From Neodothiora populina (Eukaryota), in NCBI RefSeq assembly GCF_041146345.1, contig NW_027191408.1, forward strand, positions 62,001 through 126,000: a DNA stretch of 64,000 bases. Direction: 5' to 3'. The notes beneath the pieces are model-generated. The model made no database searches, was not told the origin of the DNA, and was given only the letters and a program-made list of their open reading frames with translations. Made by a program: the position numbers and the translations under genes. Positions 10,924 to 24,940 of this stretch are shown here, one piece after another; position 1 is the first letter of the stretch; each line of letters begins with the position of its first letter.

Positions 10924-13900
10924 CTATGACTCGTCAACAACGATGATACCGTCTTGATCTCCTTCGAATGCGTTCATCTCGCCGTCTAATCCCCCGTTCT
11001 TTGTCGCGACCTCGAAAGCACCGAGCCCTCGCTTCGTCATCTTATCGTAGCCGCTACCAGACAGTCTCGATTTGCTGCCTAATCGCTGTCGCTCTCCGTC
11101 GACACTCTCTTCTGCGGCTCGAGCTTCGAGATCAGACACCCACTCTTTCCATCCTTCCCACTCTTCTCTGCGTCGAGCCGTCTTCCATTTCAGAGTCTCA
11201 CGCGCGGGCTTCCATGCTAGGCGATCGGACTTGGATGAGAGAGTCAAAGTCGGCAGCTTGGTGTTGACTATTGCTTGCAGCAATGATGACGACAGAGACT
11301 TCGTTTCTTGTTGAAGCAAGGTGAGGCGGGCCTTTGGTGTTTGTTCTGTTTGTTGCTGATGGGGAGAAGTCGAGGACAACAAAGGTTCTGATTCGAGCCA
11401 TGAGCGATCGTCGTCGTTGAGTTCATCGTGCAGAGGCTGTGCCTGCTGTTGTGTGCTGCTAGGTAGAGCACGGCGCTGGCGTTGCAGATATCTCACGGCA
11501 GCCTGTAGGTTCTTCTCTCGTGCCCTCGAAGCCTCGAGTTCGAACCTGCTTGCTGCATCACCCGCATCGAACAACGAGTTGCCAGCACCGGTCGTCATAC
11601 CCCTTCCACGACCGCCGTTCCGTTGTGAAGCTTGGAGCATCATCTCGCCTTGTTGTTGCGAGAGCTGCGATTTCTGCCGAGCCCATTCGTCCCTTTCCAC
11701 TCTCAGCTGCTCGAGCTCGCTCTTGGCTGTTTCGAGTTCTTTTCTGATCTCTGCCTCCGTCGTCCGGACTTCGTCGAGCGCAGACTCCGCTTCGGCTAGG
11801 CGTGCGCTTCTCTTCTGCGCCTCTGTCATTCGAGCCTCGAGCATCTCGATGCGTACACCCTGTTCTTCGAGCTCTTGTTCCTTGGCGCGCACAAGTAGAC
11901 TTCTGTCCCGAACGATGCCTGTCAGACGCGCAACCTCGGCTTCCGTGTCTGCGGATGTGAGTTTGGCAGCACGCAGTTCCGAGCTTCGCAGGATCCATGG
12001 AGCTTGCGAGCGCTCAAACTCGGTCACATTGTCAAGATCTGCAGGAAGGGCATTGAGCTTCGCCAGAGCTTCGGTCAGGGAACGCAGGCTCGTCGCAACG
12101 GTGACCATTGGCGATGCCTCCGGAGTGGAGAGATTGTAGGCTGTCGCGGAGAGACGCGAAAGGGCAAGGCTGATCTCAGCAGGAGTAAAAGGTTCGTCGC
12201 GACCTTCTTCGCCGAAGAGCGTTTGAAGGTGTTCGCCTGCACGACGAGCAAAGCTGCAAAGAGTCTGAGACACCTGTTCGGCGGCGACAAATTTCTCCAG
12301 ACTCGATGGCGAAAGGGCGAGCGAGCGAGTCTGTAGCTCAGACAAAGCGCGGTGAGTCTTGCCCATGACTACCTTGGCGCTTCTGCTCTGAGAGACAAAG
12401 GCGTCGAGCTTCTCGGTTAGGCTTGGTTCGGTCGACTCGTCTTCTGAGCTCTCTTCGTCCAAGCCTGACACGTGTGTCTCGATGAACGACCTGCATAAAG
12501 CGAATGCGGACGCCGTAGTCTCGAGGTGACTCTGAATCAGAGAGGTTTGCATCAGGACTTCGTCAGTAAAAGTAGCAGACGATTCGCGTATATGAATGGA
12601 TGCGAGATGAGACATGACAGCCATCGACCTGCGGAAATGGTAAGTAATTGCCAAAAGCACTGACATGCAGAACACAATATCACATACCTTTGTAGCTCCT
12701 CATCCACCTTGGGCTCGTCCAATTCTTGCCTCTTAAGTGCAGAAATGTAGTTGTTAAGAGCCCTCTCCACAGGTTCTAGCTCGTACAAGGCGCCCTCGTA
12801 CTTGGCAAAGTCCTCTACAGAGCAACCACCAATACTGTGGACGAAACGTTCAGCCATGGCAGAGATCCAAGCAAGTCTGTCCATGACACCACAGGCTGCA
12901 AAGACGGAAGTGTCTGCGACATCGACGTTCTGACTCGTTATGCGTTCCTTGACGAATGTGTGTATCAGGTTTGCTTTAAAGCCTAGACGCTTGAAGCGCA
13001 ACAGAGCCAGCACAGAGTCGCGGTCGGCATTGAAAGCTTCGGGCAGGAAAAGTTGCACAATGCTCAGATGCTCAGCAGCTTCCTCTGCTTCCAGGCGTCT
13101 GAGTTCGAGATCGATAGTCTTGACCTGTGTCTTGGAAGCGGAGATCTGCAGCTTCATGTTCAGGTCGAGCATAGTCCTACTTCTGTTGGACAGGTCCTCG
13201 GCCTCCTTGTCGGTGATCTGTTGAGAAGCACGCATGTCTTCGAGGTCGGTCTGCATGGTGGTGACCAGGTCTCTGAATCGGGAAATAGTGTATTCGCAGT
13301 CCTCAATGGTCTGTAGTTGCTGCGCCGAGCGCCTTAGGTTCTCGTTGATGAGGGTATCCTTGTAATCGATTTCCTCCTGCATTTGCTTCTCGGCTTCGAC
13401 GTGGTTGACTTCTAGCTCGTCGTTGAGTTCCTTCAAGCTCTCTAGGTCTTCAATGATAGCGCGCATCTCCTCCATGTCTTCTTGCATACTCATGTTACGC
13501 TCTGTCAACTCCTCGATGATGTCCTCGGCGCCCAGAGCAGCCTCGAGCTGTTGGCGCAGGTCCTCGACGTCAGCTTCGGTGGCGAGAAGCTTTTCTTTCA
13601 TATCCTCGTAGTCGGTCCTCACGGCAGCGTGATCCTTGACTTCGTCCTCGAGCGCAATGATCTGGTCTTTGAGGTCGGCTTCCTGCTCTTGCGTGATATC
13701 CCTCAGGCGGATCAATGCCTCTCTGAGTCTCTCGTTCGATCTCTCCAGTTGCAACCATCCTTGACCAGTGCGCTCATCGGGACTCATCTCCCGGCCTAAC
13801 TCTTGATTTTCTTCCTTCAGAATCTCCAATTCCAAAGTCATCTCTTCGTTCTTGCTCCGTAGAGCCTCGACCTCGGTCTTCAGCACTTCTGCCGTCTCTT

Positions 13901-15257
13901 CAGCCATTTCTCGGTCTAGTGTGGCCATCTCGACCACGGCGTCGTGCTCAGCCTGGATGGCCTCGATGTCTTGACTGTGCGCCTCCGAGTCCTTGAGCTG
14001 TTGCCTCAACTCTGCCAACTCCTGCGATTGGCTCTGCATTTTCGTCTGCAATTTCTGCACAACGGCTGCATATTTGTCCCGCTCTTGCTCCATTTCACCC
14101 AATTTCTTCAGCTTTTCACGATCTTCGAGGCGTTTCCGCTCGAATACGCGAATCTTAGAGTGGGCATCTTCGAGCTCGCGTGAGGCCACTGCCGCGCTCT
14201 TGGCTACTGCACGGTGGGACGGTGGTGGTGAAGCCGTGCGACGGGGCGGAGCTCTCGCAGACCCAGAGGTCGCGGCGGAAGTCCTCGAGCTCGCGGGAGC
14301 AGGCGCTGGCGCAGGAACTGGGGCAGGAGGTGGTGCCATGGCGTGGATGGTGTCATCTTGATCACTTTCCTCATCGCTGTCATCCTCCTCATCTTCGTCG
14401 GTCTCCTCGATGGACGTACTCGCCATCAGGTGATCCTCGTCGAACTCAGCCGGACTCAGCAAGGGAGATGGCTGACTCGAAAGACTGGCTTGACGATCCG
14501 AGGCATTGCTGGTGAGAGAGCTCAGACGACTGCTAGACGTTCGCTGTGAGGGCGTAAGAGAGGGTCTGGCAAGCGGTGCCCTTGATGCAGGTGCTCGAGA
14601 GGAGGCTCCATTTCCACCACTTACAGATGGTCTGGAAGCATGTCGAGAAGCAGCAGCAGCAGCAGTCGACGAAGCTGCAGACGTCGAGGATACAGCAGTC
14701 GAGTTACGTTTGCCGCTGGCCAACGTCGGAGTGTTGGCCAGACTGGATCTGGGTTTGTGAACAGCAGTCGAACCAGGCCGAGCACGAGGAGTGGAGACAG
14801 ACGGCGGTGTGCTCGTCCTCGATGTTGCAGAGCTCGAAGTAGCAGTACCTAACTGTTTGGTCGGTGATCGAGGACTGAGGATTGTGCTTTCCCTCCTCGA
14901 GTGTGAGGCGATTGCTCTGCCCACGGGAGCGGCACTGATACTATTCGGTCTGCTTTTTGCGGCTGCATTTGCCGCCGTTCCGTTCCCCACCCCTGCTCGT
15001 CCAACACCAGGCTGAGGTCTTCCGTGGTCCAATATTTTGCCCACACCGGCAGCACGCAGGAACATGCCATAGTTCTGCCTGCAGTCGAAATACCGGTCTC
15101 CCTTGACGGAACCATCGTTTTTGCCCGTCGGTTCGTCCAGTTCCACACCAATCCATTCCCCCGGGGCGAATCCAGTGGCTCCCAGAAATCGAATCACCGC
15201 TCTCCTGCCATCATTGAGTTCGACGGTCTGGCCAGCTGCCAGCGGCAGACTTGCCAT
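10924..15257 (-). CDS. ro-3: Dynactin p150-Glued subunit; one intron about 12629-12687
   Basis: N-terminal CAP-Gly domain (GEWIGVELDEPTGKNDGSV), Ser/Pro-rich linker, long coiled coil (EMATLDREMAEE, LESLKELNDELE). Confidence 0.95.
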
Positions 15258-15807
15258 TTGTTATAGATGTATTGCTAGCCCTGGGGAAAAGAGAAAGACA
15301 CAAACGCTAACCAGAAAACAGCTCTTTAGTATTTGTGATCCAGCATTATAGAAGTTGGTCACCGATCGTGTTGTCGTGTCTCACGTGCGTGGTGCATGCA
15401 GTGATACCTGATGCCCAAGGTATGTCCTATGCGTCTACAATTATGATGCTCGAACCGGAGCACTGCATGTCCAGGGTAGGAGGTTCGCGTTTGGTTTGTT
15501 TGCACAAGGAAGGAACAGAAAGGTAAGGCAACTACCTGATGCAAGTAGGGATCGGTCAACGCGCCGTGTTTCACTTGGCGGTCGGGTTTCAGAACGGGCA
15601 TGCACCGCTTGCTAGATAGGTCTTGCACTGTATCTGCACACGCGTGAGCTACAGCACTATAATCTATCTTCTGATGACGGTCACTCTAGACACTCAAATT
15701 ACGAGCACGGTAGTGGGACAATGAAGATGCGACGACAGCGTCTTTGGTCATGAATCGTTCGTAGATCTTGGTGAGCAGTTACAAGAGTCTGGCCAAAAAA
15801 ACCTCGT

Positions 15808-17262
15808 TTAGGCGCTCGCTTCTACCACGTTCGTCGGAGAGTGCTTCACGATCGCGTCCTCTGCTTTCGTTCGCCCTAGCCCTTCCTTGGCATAAAAGTC
15901 CATCGGATACACACTTCGCGCCGATGTGTCCTTTGCTGCCCCCTGCTCTTTCTCCCAGCTCTCTCTTCCTCCCAGCACCACCAGCGCTTCGTGTGGCGTC
16001 AAGAGCGGTCTGGGGAAGGCGTATCCCCAATCGATGCTCAATCTGGGACAGGCCACCTGCACCCAGCATTCGACCTCTGACATCATAGCCAACTTGCCCG
16101 GGAAGATCTCGCTCAGTAGCAAGTTCACCCAAGGTATGCCCTTCTCCCGAAGGTGATTTTCGATGAGCGTCATGGTATGCGGGTTGCCTTGTCTGCCCAG
16201 CGATCCTAGGATCAGTCCCCATTTCTTTGCCTTACGCGCCGTCTTGACCGCATCGCCACGCAAGTCCAGCATCTGGTCGTGATCATATGTTTCGTGTGTC
16301 AGTCGTCGGGAATAAGGGTCGTATCTGTATGCCGGTGTTTGAGGATTGTGGATCATTGCGCTCTCGAGGTGGAAACGTCCGTCACCGAGATACAGGATCA
16401 AGTCGACTTTGTCTTCGTCTTTCAGTCTCGGACTCGTACATCCCAGGATCTCGCCCTTGCTCAGCGGTGCGATCTGTGGGATCAAGACTTCGTATCCCGC
16501 CGCGCGCAGTTGTGGCGCAGTTCCATGTAGTGTCGCATTAAACTGGATGGTGCCGACCATAGCTATCTTGCTTCCCGCCTTGAAGTTGCGCTCGATTGTT
16601 GCCAGTAGATGCGGCACATCAATGCCAATGTCCACAAAAACATATAGCGTCTGTATCTGCGTGACGCTTACTGGTATAAGACAACTGTGCGCATAATGCA
16701 CCAACATATCACATCCAAGAGCTCTTGCGGTATAATCATCGATGCAGCAAGCGCCGTACGTGACGTCGCCCATGATCAGAGTACTCGTGCCTTCGCAGAA
16801 CCGAGTGATAATATCCGATATTGTCGTGGCGAACAACAAAAGACCCTCGGGGAACTGGAGCGCAATCATCCTGGCACCTGATGTCCGTACCCTGTGTATC
16901 GTCTTATGAATCTCGAAGTTGTAGTTCGATGGTAGGATGGCGATTGCGGCATTGATCTCTTCATCGTTGAGTATTTCGGGGGGAACCTGGTTCAAGGCAC
17001 GACCTGAACGACGCGGCGGAGCAACTGTAAGGACGTCAGAGTCCGAATATATGCGACACTGTTACTGCGTGGCTGCACCTTGCACTGCGCTCGCATCCTC
17101 TATACCACCAGTAGCTGGGTGGCCATTGGCCGCTGCTCGCTCAGTGGCAGCCCGACGACCAATAAATCGCTTCTTTGGTACTCTGGGCTCTGGTACCGCA
17201 TCTCCGTTCAGATCCGCCGATATTGTGGGCCCTAGATCGGCTTGTTCTCTGTCGGCTTCCAT
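15808..17262 (-). CDS. DPH1: Diphthamide biosynthesis protein 1; intron about 17025-17078
   Basis: [55 protein letters not shown]; exon 1 carries PKKRFIGRR. Confidence 0.95.
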
Positions 17263-20200
17263 TTTTTTATTTTTGTTGCGTATTTTTGATGATCTTATTG
17301 TATGGGATCGAATAGTCCTCCTGGAACAATCGATAGATATTTTATTTTTACTTTCCACTTGATGACCAAAAGATTGACGGAGGCCAAACCCTGGACTTGA
17401 CGCCGAAAGTGCTTGGCGTTTAATCCACCGAGCCCGCCCCCGCATACTGTAGCTGCACACTGCGTCTCGCTGAATCACATCATACTGCACCCGGCCTGTA
17501 CGGCAAGCTACAGTACACTACCTGTATCGTGCGAGCACGTCCGTCAACGCAGCTAGGATAACTCAGAAGTAGATGGATCGATCTCGCGTGATCCTCTCCT
17601 CAATTCTACACGGACAGTCCAATGGTTGCCTGCATAAAGGCAAGCGAAGCGATAGAGAAACTCGAAACAGACGTATCTGTCGCAATCTGTCGTGTGCGAA
17701 TACTCCGAGTTTTGCCATTTTGCTCGAAATAGTCCGGGCGTCAAATTGATCCAAAGGCACCGGAGATGAGACCAATGGCGCGCTTCTTTTTACGTTGCTC
17801 CCGACGAGATATTTGTGGAGCGTTGTCTCATATCCGAGGTGTGGATCTTCACGCAAAAGCGGATTTAAAATAAAGTAGGCGGTTAGACCTAGTGTAGGGC
17901 CCCAAGGCCGTACGCATGTGCATCAGCGTCACAAAGCGCCGGCCGCCTGGCAGGGGACTTGGGGGGTGGGAAGACGGTGCGGCGCGCTGCTGCTGCTACT
18001 GCTGCACCTGCGGTGGCCCGCACAACAGCCGTGCTTGAGTCGTGTACATTGCAGTACAGATGCATGTAAATCATGGTACAATCAGCGGGATCGCTAGGGG
18101 CTAAGCTTTCGTGGCTCTGGGATTTGTTCTCCTGCGCGTCAATGCATTGCGTTGCAGCGGTGGGGCGTCTGTCTGCCTGTGGTGAAATGTGGATGTACGG
18201 TTCGTGACCCCTTGACCGCCTGGGCCAAGATGTACTGGGAGCTCGCAGCGGAACGAGTCTCGCGTTGTAGCCATGTCGCTCCCCACGAAGCCATATAAGG
18301 TATCTCGCGTAGGACCCATCCAAAGATTCGAACTCTACCATCAAAGCAAGATACGACAAGGTTTATGGGTATATGTCTGCAAGATATTCTTCTCAGGGTT
18401 GCACTGAATATGTATACACGAAGGAGTCAAGGCAACACCGCTGTGCAAGAGGAAAAGCAGTGAGGGAGCGGTGGCTGGTGTGGAGACGGCGCAGGTCATG
18501 CCAGGGCCCCTCCATTAGCCTCAAATCTTAAGCAGCAAAAGGCTTTCGGAGCCACTGCGCACGTGGCATGCGATCCTTGAGGCTGCCAAAAGCGGACTTG
18601 TGTGCGGTGGCGCCGCTAGAAGGCCGGGAAGTTCCCGATTCGATTTTCGTCTGACAACTTGGAAATTTAGGTCTTAGAAAACCGCTGTGCCAGCCCCCCC
18701 GGTACTGCGAAGGATAGGCTGATTCGGACCGGCAGTGTGCGGAAACGAGGCCCTTCAGGTTGCTTTTCACTCGATAACGAAGTCCACACGCCCCACGGCC
18801 AAGGTAAGCATATCAAATGGGGGCTCCATACCATTTTCGCTGTACCGATGCACTGGGTGGGGATGATAATGTGCTATGTAGGCAGGTTCGGTCGCACAGT
18901 AGTCGCATATGCAGTCAGCCTCGGTCGGTAGTCACCACGCAAGGCAAGGTGGTAGATAATCGAGAAGGGCAGGTACAAGTGCTGAACGGGGTTGCAGCAA
19001 GGTAGGTGGGTGAGGTAGGTGAGGTAAAGTAGCATGCCTCAGCCTCGCATGCGCACAACAAGGTACTTTAAGGTACTTGCATGCATCACACGGGCCTCTG
19101 CATCGTGGACTTTTACATTGTAACGCGACGCGATGCCCGTTTCTGAAATCCTGCTGCATTAAGGTAGCTACAGTACTTGTACAAGTACTTCCACCCACCT
19201 TATATGTTCGATTTGAGCCGTTGAGGGTAATTGATGCAGCTGAGCAAACCGAATGATAAATGCAGGTTCACATTTTGGCTCTTTGCTTGGCTTTCTGGTC
19301 GGTGACGCTTGGCTTGCGCCGTCAACGGATGCAGATACGACTCTCCGCTGAATCCAGCAAATAGCGTAGCGTGTTCACAACCTCGCAAAACATGCACAAG
19401 TGAGTGCGTGTTATTTCTTATTCCTCCGATCTGCAACTTAAAAGTCGGAGGCGTGAGCGCCAAGGAAGCCTCAACAACCCTTCCCGTACCTCGCTCCGTA
19501 CCTCGTTGCTTTGGGGAGCTCGGGTAAGGTACCTAGGTAGGTAAAGTGCTCAAGGTTTGCGTGACGCAGCCGCCCAAGATTTCAGCATGATCCCCGCGTC
19601 TTAGACTTCCATGTCATATGGGTCTCCCAGCGGAAGCCGAAGGAGCAACATGACCGTTGTGGTGTGTGGCCGCAGATGAACCGTGGAAACCGCTCCAGTG
19701 GGTGCTCATGCGTTGCCAACGTCTTATTTCAAGGTCATTTGGGGCTGCGCTGCTGGAAAGCAAGGACTGCAAGTGAATCATGGGCGCCGAATGCTTTTCA
19801 TGGCAGATGAGATTATGTGAAACACAAAACCCATTCTGAGGCGAGTGATCTGTCAACAGTGACTGCCAAAATGGATCGCAATAATATATTATCTCCGATC
19901 ATTGTGTTTAATTTAGTAGAAAAAATTGCTGTGATGTATTGTGCTACCTGTGACTATGACACTATGGGGCTGGTGCTTGCGTGTGTGCTGTTGTATATGA
20001 CGGCCGTGGGTAATGTAGGAAATACGACGGATTAGGTGATACAGTTGTTCTGTCGGACCAGGATAAGGTACTTGTATCTTGTGGACGTGGGGCGGCTCTT
20101 CGAAGCGGGAAGCGGGTGTGCTTAAGCGTTTTGAATCGTGACGGAACCAGGGCATATAGATCGACAGACACACGTTTTAGCCTAGCGCTGAATTAGCTCG

Positions 20201-20663
20201 CTCCACAATCCCCTCTCTCGCATCTTCTCATCGGAGAGGTCGAAGAACTGACCCTAACCCACGGAGGGTTGAGAGGCCTCTACGTCCCTCCTGATGTTTC
20301 TTCCTTCTCCTTCCTTCCCTGCTAGCTGTCAGGTTTGATCGCGTCGCTGCTCTCTTGTCAATACAGCTATCTCCATACCCTGCCATCACGGCTGTCTAAT
20401 TTGTCCCATTTGTAGCCTATATCCACTCCACCCCTAAGGCTAGATCTTCTTTTTGGCTCTAGTGTCTTGTTCTGACTGTTGTCACAAACCGTCATCGCCG
20501 CACATCTAAGCCTTCGCTTTCCACGAGGCTGCGCGTGCTGTGTCGCGAGGTAAGCCATCCGCATTCGCGCCATACCAACTTGTGCCTATATAGAAAACGA
20601 GTGACGCGCCTGTACTTACGAGAAACAGCTTGCCGCTGGATACTTTGGTGATCATTAGGTACA

Positions 20664-23600
20664 ATGGCTAGCCAAGCATCACCGAATGCTGCGCTTCACC
20701 AACACCACGTCGTCCAGGCTGGCCGTCAACAGCCAAATGGACACGTGCAAATGGCGCAGCCTCCTCCTGGTGGACCGCCTCCTGGTCCGGCTCAGATGAA
20801 TCCGTCGCAGTTTTTAAAGTCTGCCAATGAGCAGATGTGGTTGTCACTTGGTAGGTCACCGTCGCGAAACTTCGCGCGTCTCCAATATACACGCGACTTA
20901 ATGCTAACAAGGCCTCAGGTAACCTCTCAGAGTTGATGGGCGAGCTCGACAGCGCCACTCAGGCATATGAGCGCGCGCTGAGCTTCAACAACATGTCTGT
21001 TCAGGCAATGTTGGCCATCTCCTGCATCCTTCGTTCGAAGGATCAATTCCCTGCCGCGGTCGAGTATCTGAGGCAGATTCTTCGCATCGAGCACACTAAT
21101 GGAGAGGTCTGGAGCAGTCTCGGTCGGTCGCTATCTATGAAGCATTACGTGTGTTCTCAATTTGTTGACATTGACCAGGCCACTGCTATCTAATGATGGA
21201 TGATCTTCAACAAGCATACTCGGCCTACCAGCAAGCTCTCTACCATCTCCCTGATCCCAAGGTTCGCATCAGTCTACCATACCACATCGGCCACAATTAC
21301 TGACAATGGCTGCATGATCAGGAACCCAAACTATGGTACGGCATCGGCATCCTCTACGACCGGTACGGATCCCTTGAGCATGCCGAAGAAGCCTTTTCGC
21401 AAGTCATGCGAATGGATCCGCGCTTTGAGAAGGCCAATGAAATATACTTCCGACTCGGAATAATATACAAACAGCAGCAAAAGTTTTCGCAGAGTTTGGA
21501 GGCAAGTCGCCCATTGCCTTACCAAGACGGTCAGAAACTGACTTTTGTGTAGTGCTTCAAGTACATTGTTACGGATCCACCTCGTCCGCTCAGTGAAGAA
21601 GACATCTGGTTCCAGATCGGTCATGTCCACGAACAACAAAAAGACGTAAGTAATATCACCAGGCGATCACAATTCGGATTACCATGTGTCTAATACTGAC
21701 GTGTTATCTTTCAGTATGATGCTGCCAAGAGTGCTTACATGCGTGTTCTTGACCGCGATCCTGCACACGCCAAGGTCTTGCAACAACTAGGCTGGCTGCA
21801 TCATCAGCAAAGCACGAGTTTTAGCAGCCAGGAGCAGGCTATCGAGTACCTTGAGAAATCGGTCAATTCTGGTGAGACCTGCAGATGCCATGTGATTGAA
21901 CAATCGATGCTAATCCATACGTCAGACCAAACCGATGCACAAAGCTGGTACCTTCTGGGTCGATGCTACATGTCTCAACAAAAGTACCCAAAGGCGTACG
22001 AAGCATATCAGCAAGCCGTGTACCGTGATGGGCGTAATCCGACATTCTGGTGCTCGATTGGTGTCCTGTACTACCAGATCAACCAATACCGCGATGCCCT
22101 GGATGCCTATTCCCGCGCCATCCGTCTCAACCCCAACATTTCCGAGGTCTGGTACGACCTGGGTACCCTAGTGAGTCACGATCCGGGAAACGTGAACATC
22201 CCATCTGTTCTATTATACTGACAGCAACATCTAGTACGAATCTTGCAACAACCAGACCAATGATGCTTTGGACGCCTACACCAGAGCTGCGGAGCTCGAC
22301 CCAACTAATGTTCACATCAAAGCACGTCTGGCATTGCTCAAGGGCCAGCCTGCCCCTGCGGGTATGCCGACCCAAGCTGGTGTTCCTCACCCTCAAGATG
22401 TCAATCCTCAGACCTATCAGCCTGCTGGTGCTATTGGCGCTGGACCTCCTGGCCCTCAATGGGGAGCGCCAGCCACGAATCCTGCTCCAGGTGCGCCGCC
22501 TGTTCCTGCTCTCACTCCCGGCGGTGACTGGGGCCGCAGCGAGCACCGATTGGCAGGCATTCAGAATTCATCCCTGCCTCCTCAAACTCTTAATCCTTAT
22601 GAGCAAAGAGACAACAGGCTCCCTCCGGGCCCTCCGCGTCAGGCGACTCCTCCTAAGCAGGAGCCCCGCTACCAGGATCAGCCTCAGCGCCCACCTCCTC
22701 CATCTCATAGGGGTCTCTCGCCTTCGCCAAAGGTGTCGTACAATGCTCCAGGCATGTACCCACCCTCTCAAGGTCTACCTCAGACGCCGCTTCAGCACAC
22801 TTCTCAGCCGAGTCAGCAGCAGCAACAGCAGCAGCATCAAGCTCAGCAACAGCAAGCGCAGCAGCAACAACAACAACAACAGCAGCAGCAGCAGCAGCAG
22901 CAGGCACAACAGCAAGCGCAGCAGCAGCAGCATCAAGCACAGCAGCAACAACAGCAACTTCAGCAACAGCAGCAGCAACAGGCACAGCAGCAGCAGCAAC
23001 AACAACAGGCACAGCAGCAACATCAACTCCCACCAACCCGAGTTGCTAACCCCAACTTTGGACCGCACTCGTCTAGCGTTCCCCCACCGCCTTCAATGAC
23101 GATGGGAGCTCCACCGCCAGTTCAGGGTGGGATGCCGCCGTATGGCTCTCGCATGAACAGTCCTCCCGAAATCCGCCCCATCGTGGATATGACCAATGCT
23201 TCCCCAAATGGGGCATACCACCGCCAGCAGTACGAGCACCACCCTAGTGTGGGCACTCCCAGCATCGCCGGTGGCGCGCCACCTCCGAACGCCGCACTCC
23301 AAGCCGCCGAGGCTGCTGCAAGAGAGAGAGAGCGGGAGCGAGAGCGAGAAGAAAGACCCACTCCCGTGCCCACCAAGAGACATCGGGAATGGGAAGACGA
23401 GGGTTCGAACATGGGATCGCAGAAGAAGGTGGCCAGTGACGAGAACCGCTCGAGATTGGAAGACCCAAGTAGTCGCCGAGCTTCACCTCCGGATAGAGCG
23501 CCAGCTTCGCCTCTCCGTAGCCCTTCAGAAGCCCGCCGAACTGAAGAGCAACGTCGCGCGAACGAGAACTACCATCCTTCGGAAGCTGCGCATCACCCAC

Positions 23601-23947
23601 CTGCTCTCCCTCCGATGCAGTCAAGCACCCATCCCTCGCCCAGACTTCCTCCGGTCAACGATGAGCGACGGGACCAGTCCACACCAGTCATGCATCCGTC
23701 GCAACAGCCTCAGCCGCCGCCACCTCCGCCCCCAGCAAGTGTACCGACACCAGTCCCCGCATCCGCGCAACATCCGCCCCCTCCACCACCACAGTACGAG
23801 CCCGCTGCTCGCAAGATGGATATGGATGAGGATTACGATGACAGTGGCGATGAAGAGAAGAGACCGGCTGTCAACTCGGCAAGCCAAAGAAGCAGCCCTC
23901 GTGCGACAAATGGCACCACCAATGGCGACGCCAGGCATGATAATTGA
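20664..23947 (+). CDS. SSN6: General transcriptional corepressor Ssn6/Cyc8 (TPR protein), about 8 exons
   Basis: Tandem TPRs (KLWYGIGILYDRYGS, SWYLLGRCYMSQQKYPKAYEAYQQAVYRDGRNPTFWCSIGVLYY); Q/P-rich tail ending EPAARKMDMDEDYDD. Confidence 0.95.
22814..23026 (+). repeat. CAG/CAA-rich tract encoding polyQ/QA in Ssn6
   Basis: About 70 codons, mostly Gln, interrupted by Ala/His/Leu. Confidence 0.9.
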
Positions 23948-24940
23948 TTGAGCTCCTGGCAACGATGCTGCCAGTCATGACTTCATTTCTATACACAATT
24001 GTTGACATTCAGAGACAGTGTCGCGTCTGGACTGAACATCAGAAGACTTGATTCCTCGGGAGCTGGCGAGCAGAGACACCTTTCCGAGGAGTATAAAAGC
24101 TTGCACTTTGGCGTGCTCGGTGTTGTTATCGTTGGGGGTCGGGGGCAAAGTTTGTTTGGGAGGGTGATATCCCTTGGGCACTCCTTGGTCCTTTTGTACA
24201 GCCACATCTGCCATGAGTATTGTTATTCTAGTCTACCAATGACTAAAGGAAAAAAAAAAGATATATATACTACACTACGAGTTCTCTTTTGTATTGTTAT
24301 CTTGTTCCTATGGCTGAAGTTTATAGTTATAACTCAGTCTGTTGGACTCTAAAAGCAGAAGAAGTCTGACTATCGAATTTCATATTTGACCCATTATCCA
24401 TAGTTTATATAAAGGTGAGAAGAAGGGTAGATACGACTATTTCAATTGAACAACCGAGTACTATTTCATGAGAGGATCTTATATTCATATTCCTTTGCTT
24501 CCTTCCTGAAGAAATGTACAACCGAGTCTTGTTCAGCGGCAGGTCACCGATGGACTGCGCTGCTAAAAGAGCGCGACCATGCGGAATGGAGACAGAAGCA
24601 AAGCGATTGCTGATATCAGAGCAGAGCAGAGCATATCTAGGTAAAGTAACATACAACCAAAGGCAATTGGAATCATGATATTGGTGTAGTAGAGGTAAAC
24701 TGTATTTATTCATATTTTTCCAAACTTCGTTTCCAAGATATATATGTATATCGTTAAAAAAAAGCTCATCAGTCCAAACAAGTAACAAGCTCTTTTTTTG
24801 TCCTTTTTCCAAGATCGCATCTTGTGTTCCTTTTCCGTTTGCTATGTATGTACATTGAGTGATGAGATACATCAGAGGGGGAAACAATCAGACCAAAAAA
24901 AAAGCAGACCAATGACTCAGATGACATGGCATCATAGCAT

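Noticed and set aside
24230..24930. AT-rich stretch as a RIP-mutated transposon
   Set aside because: Short, lies between convergent 3' ends, and shows no terminal repeats or transposase remnants.
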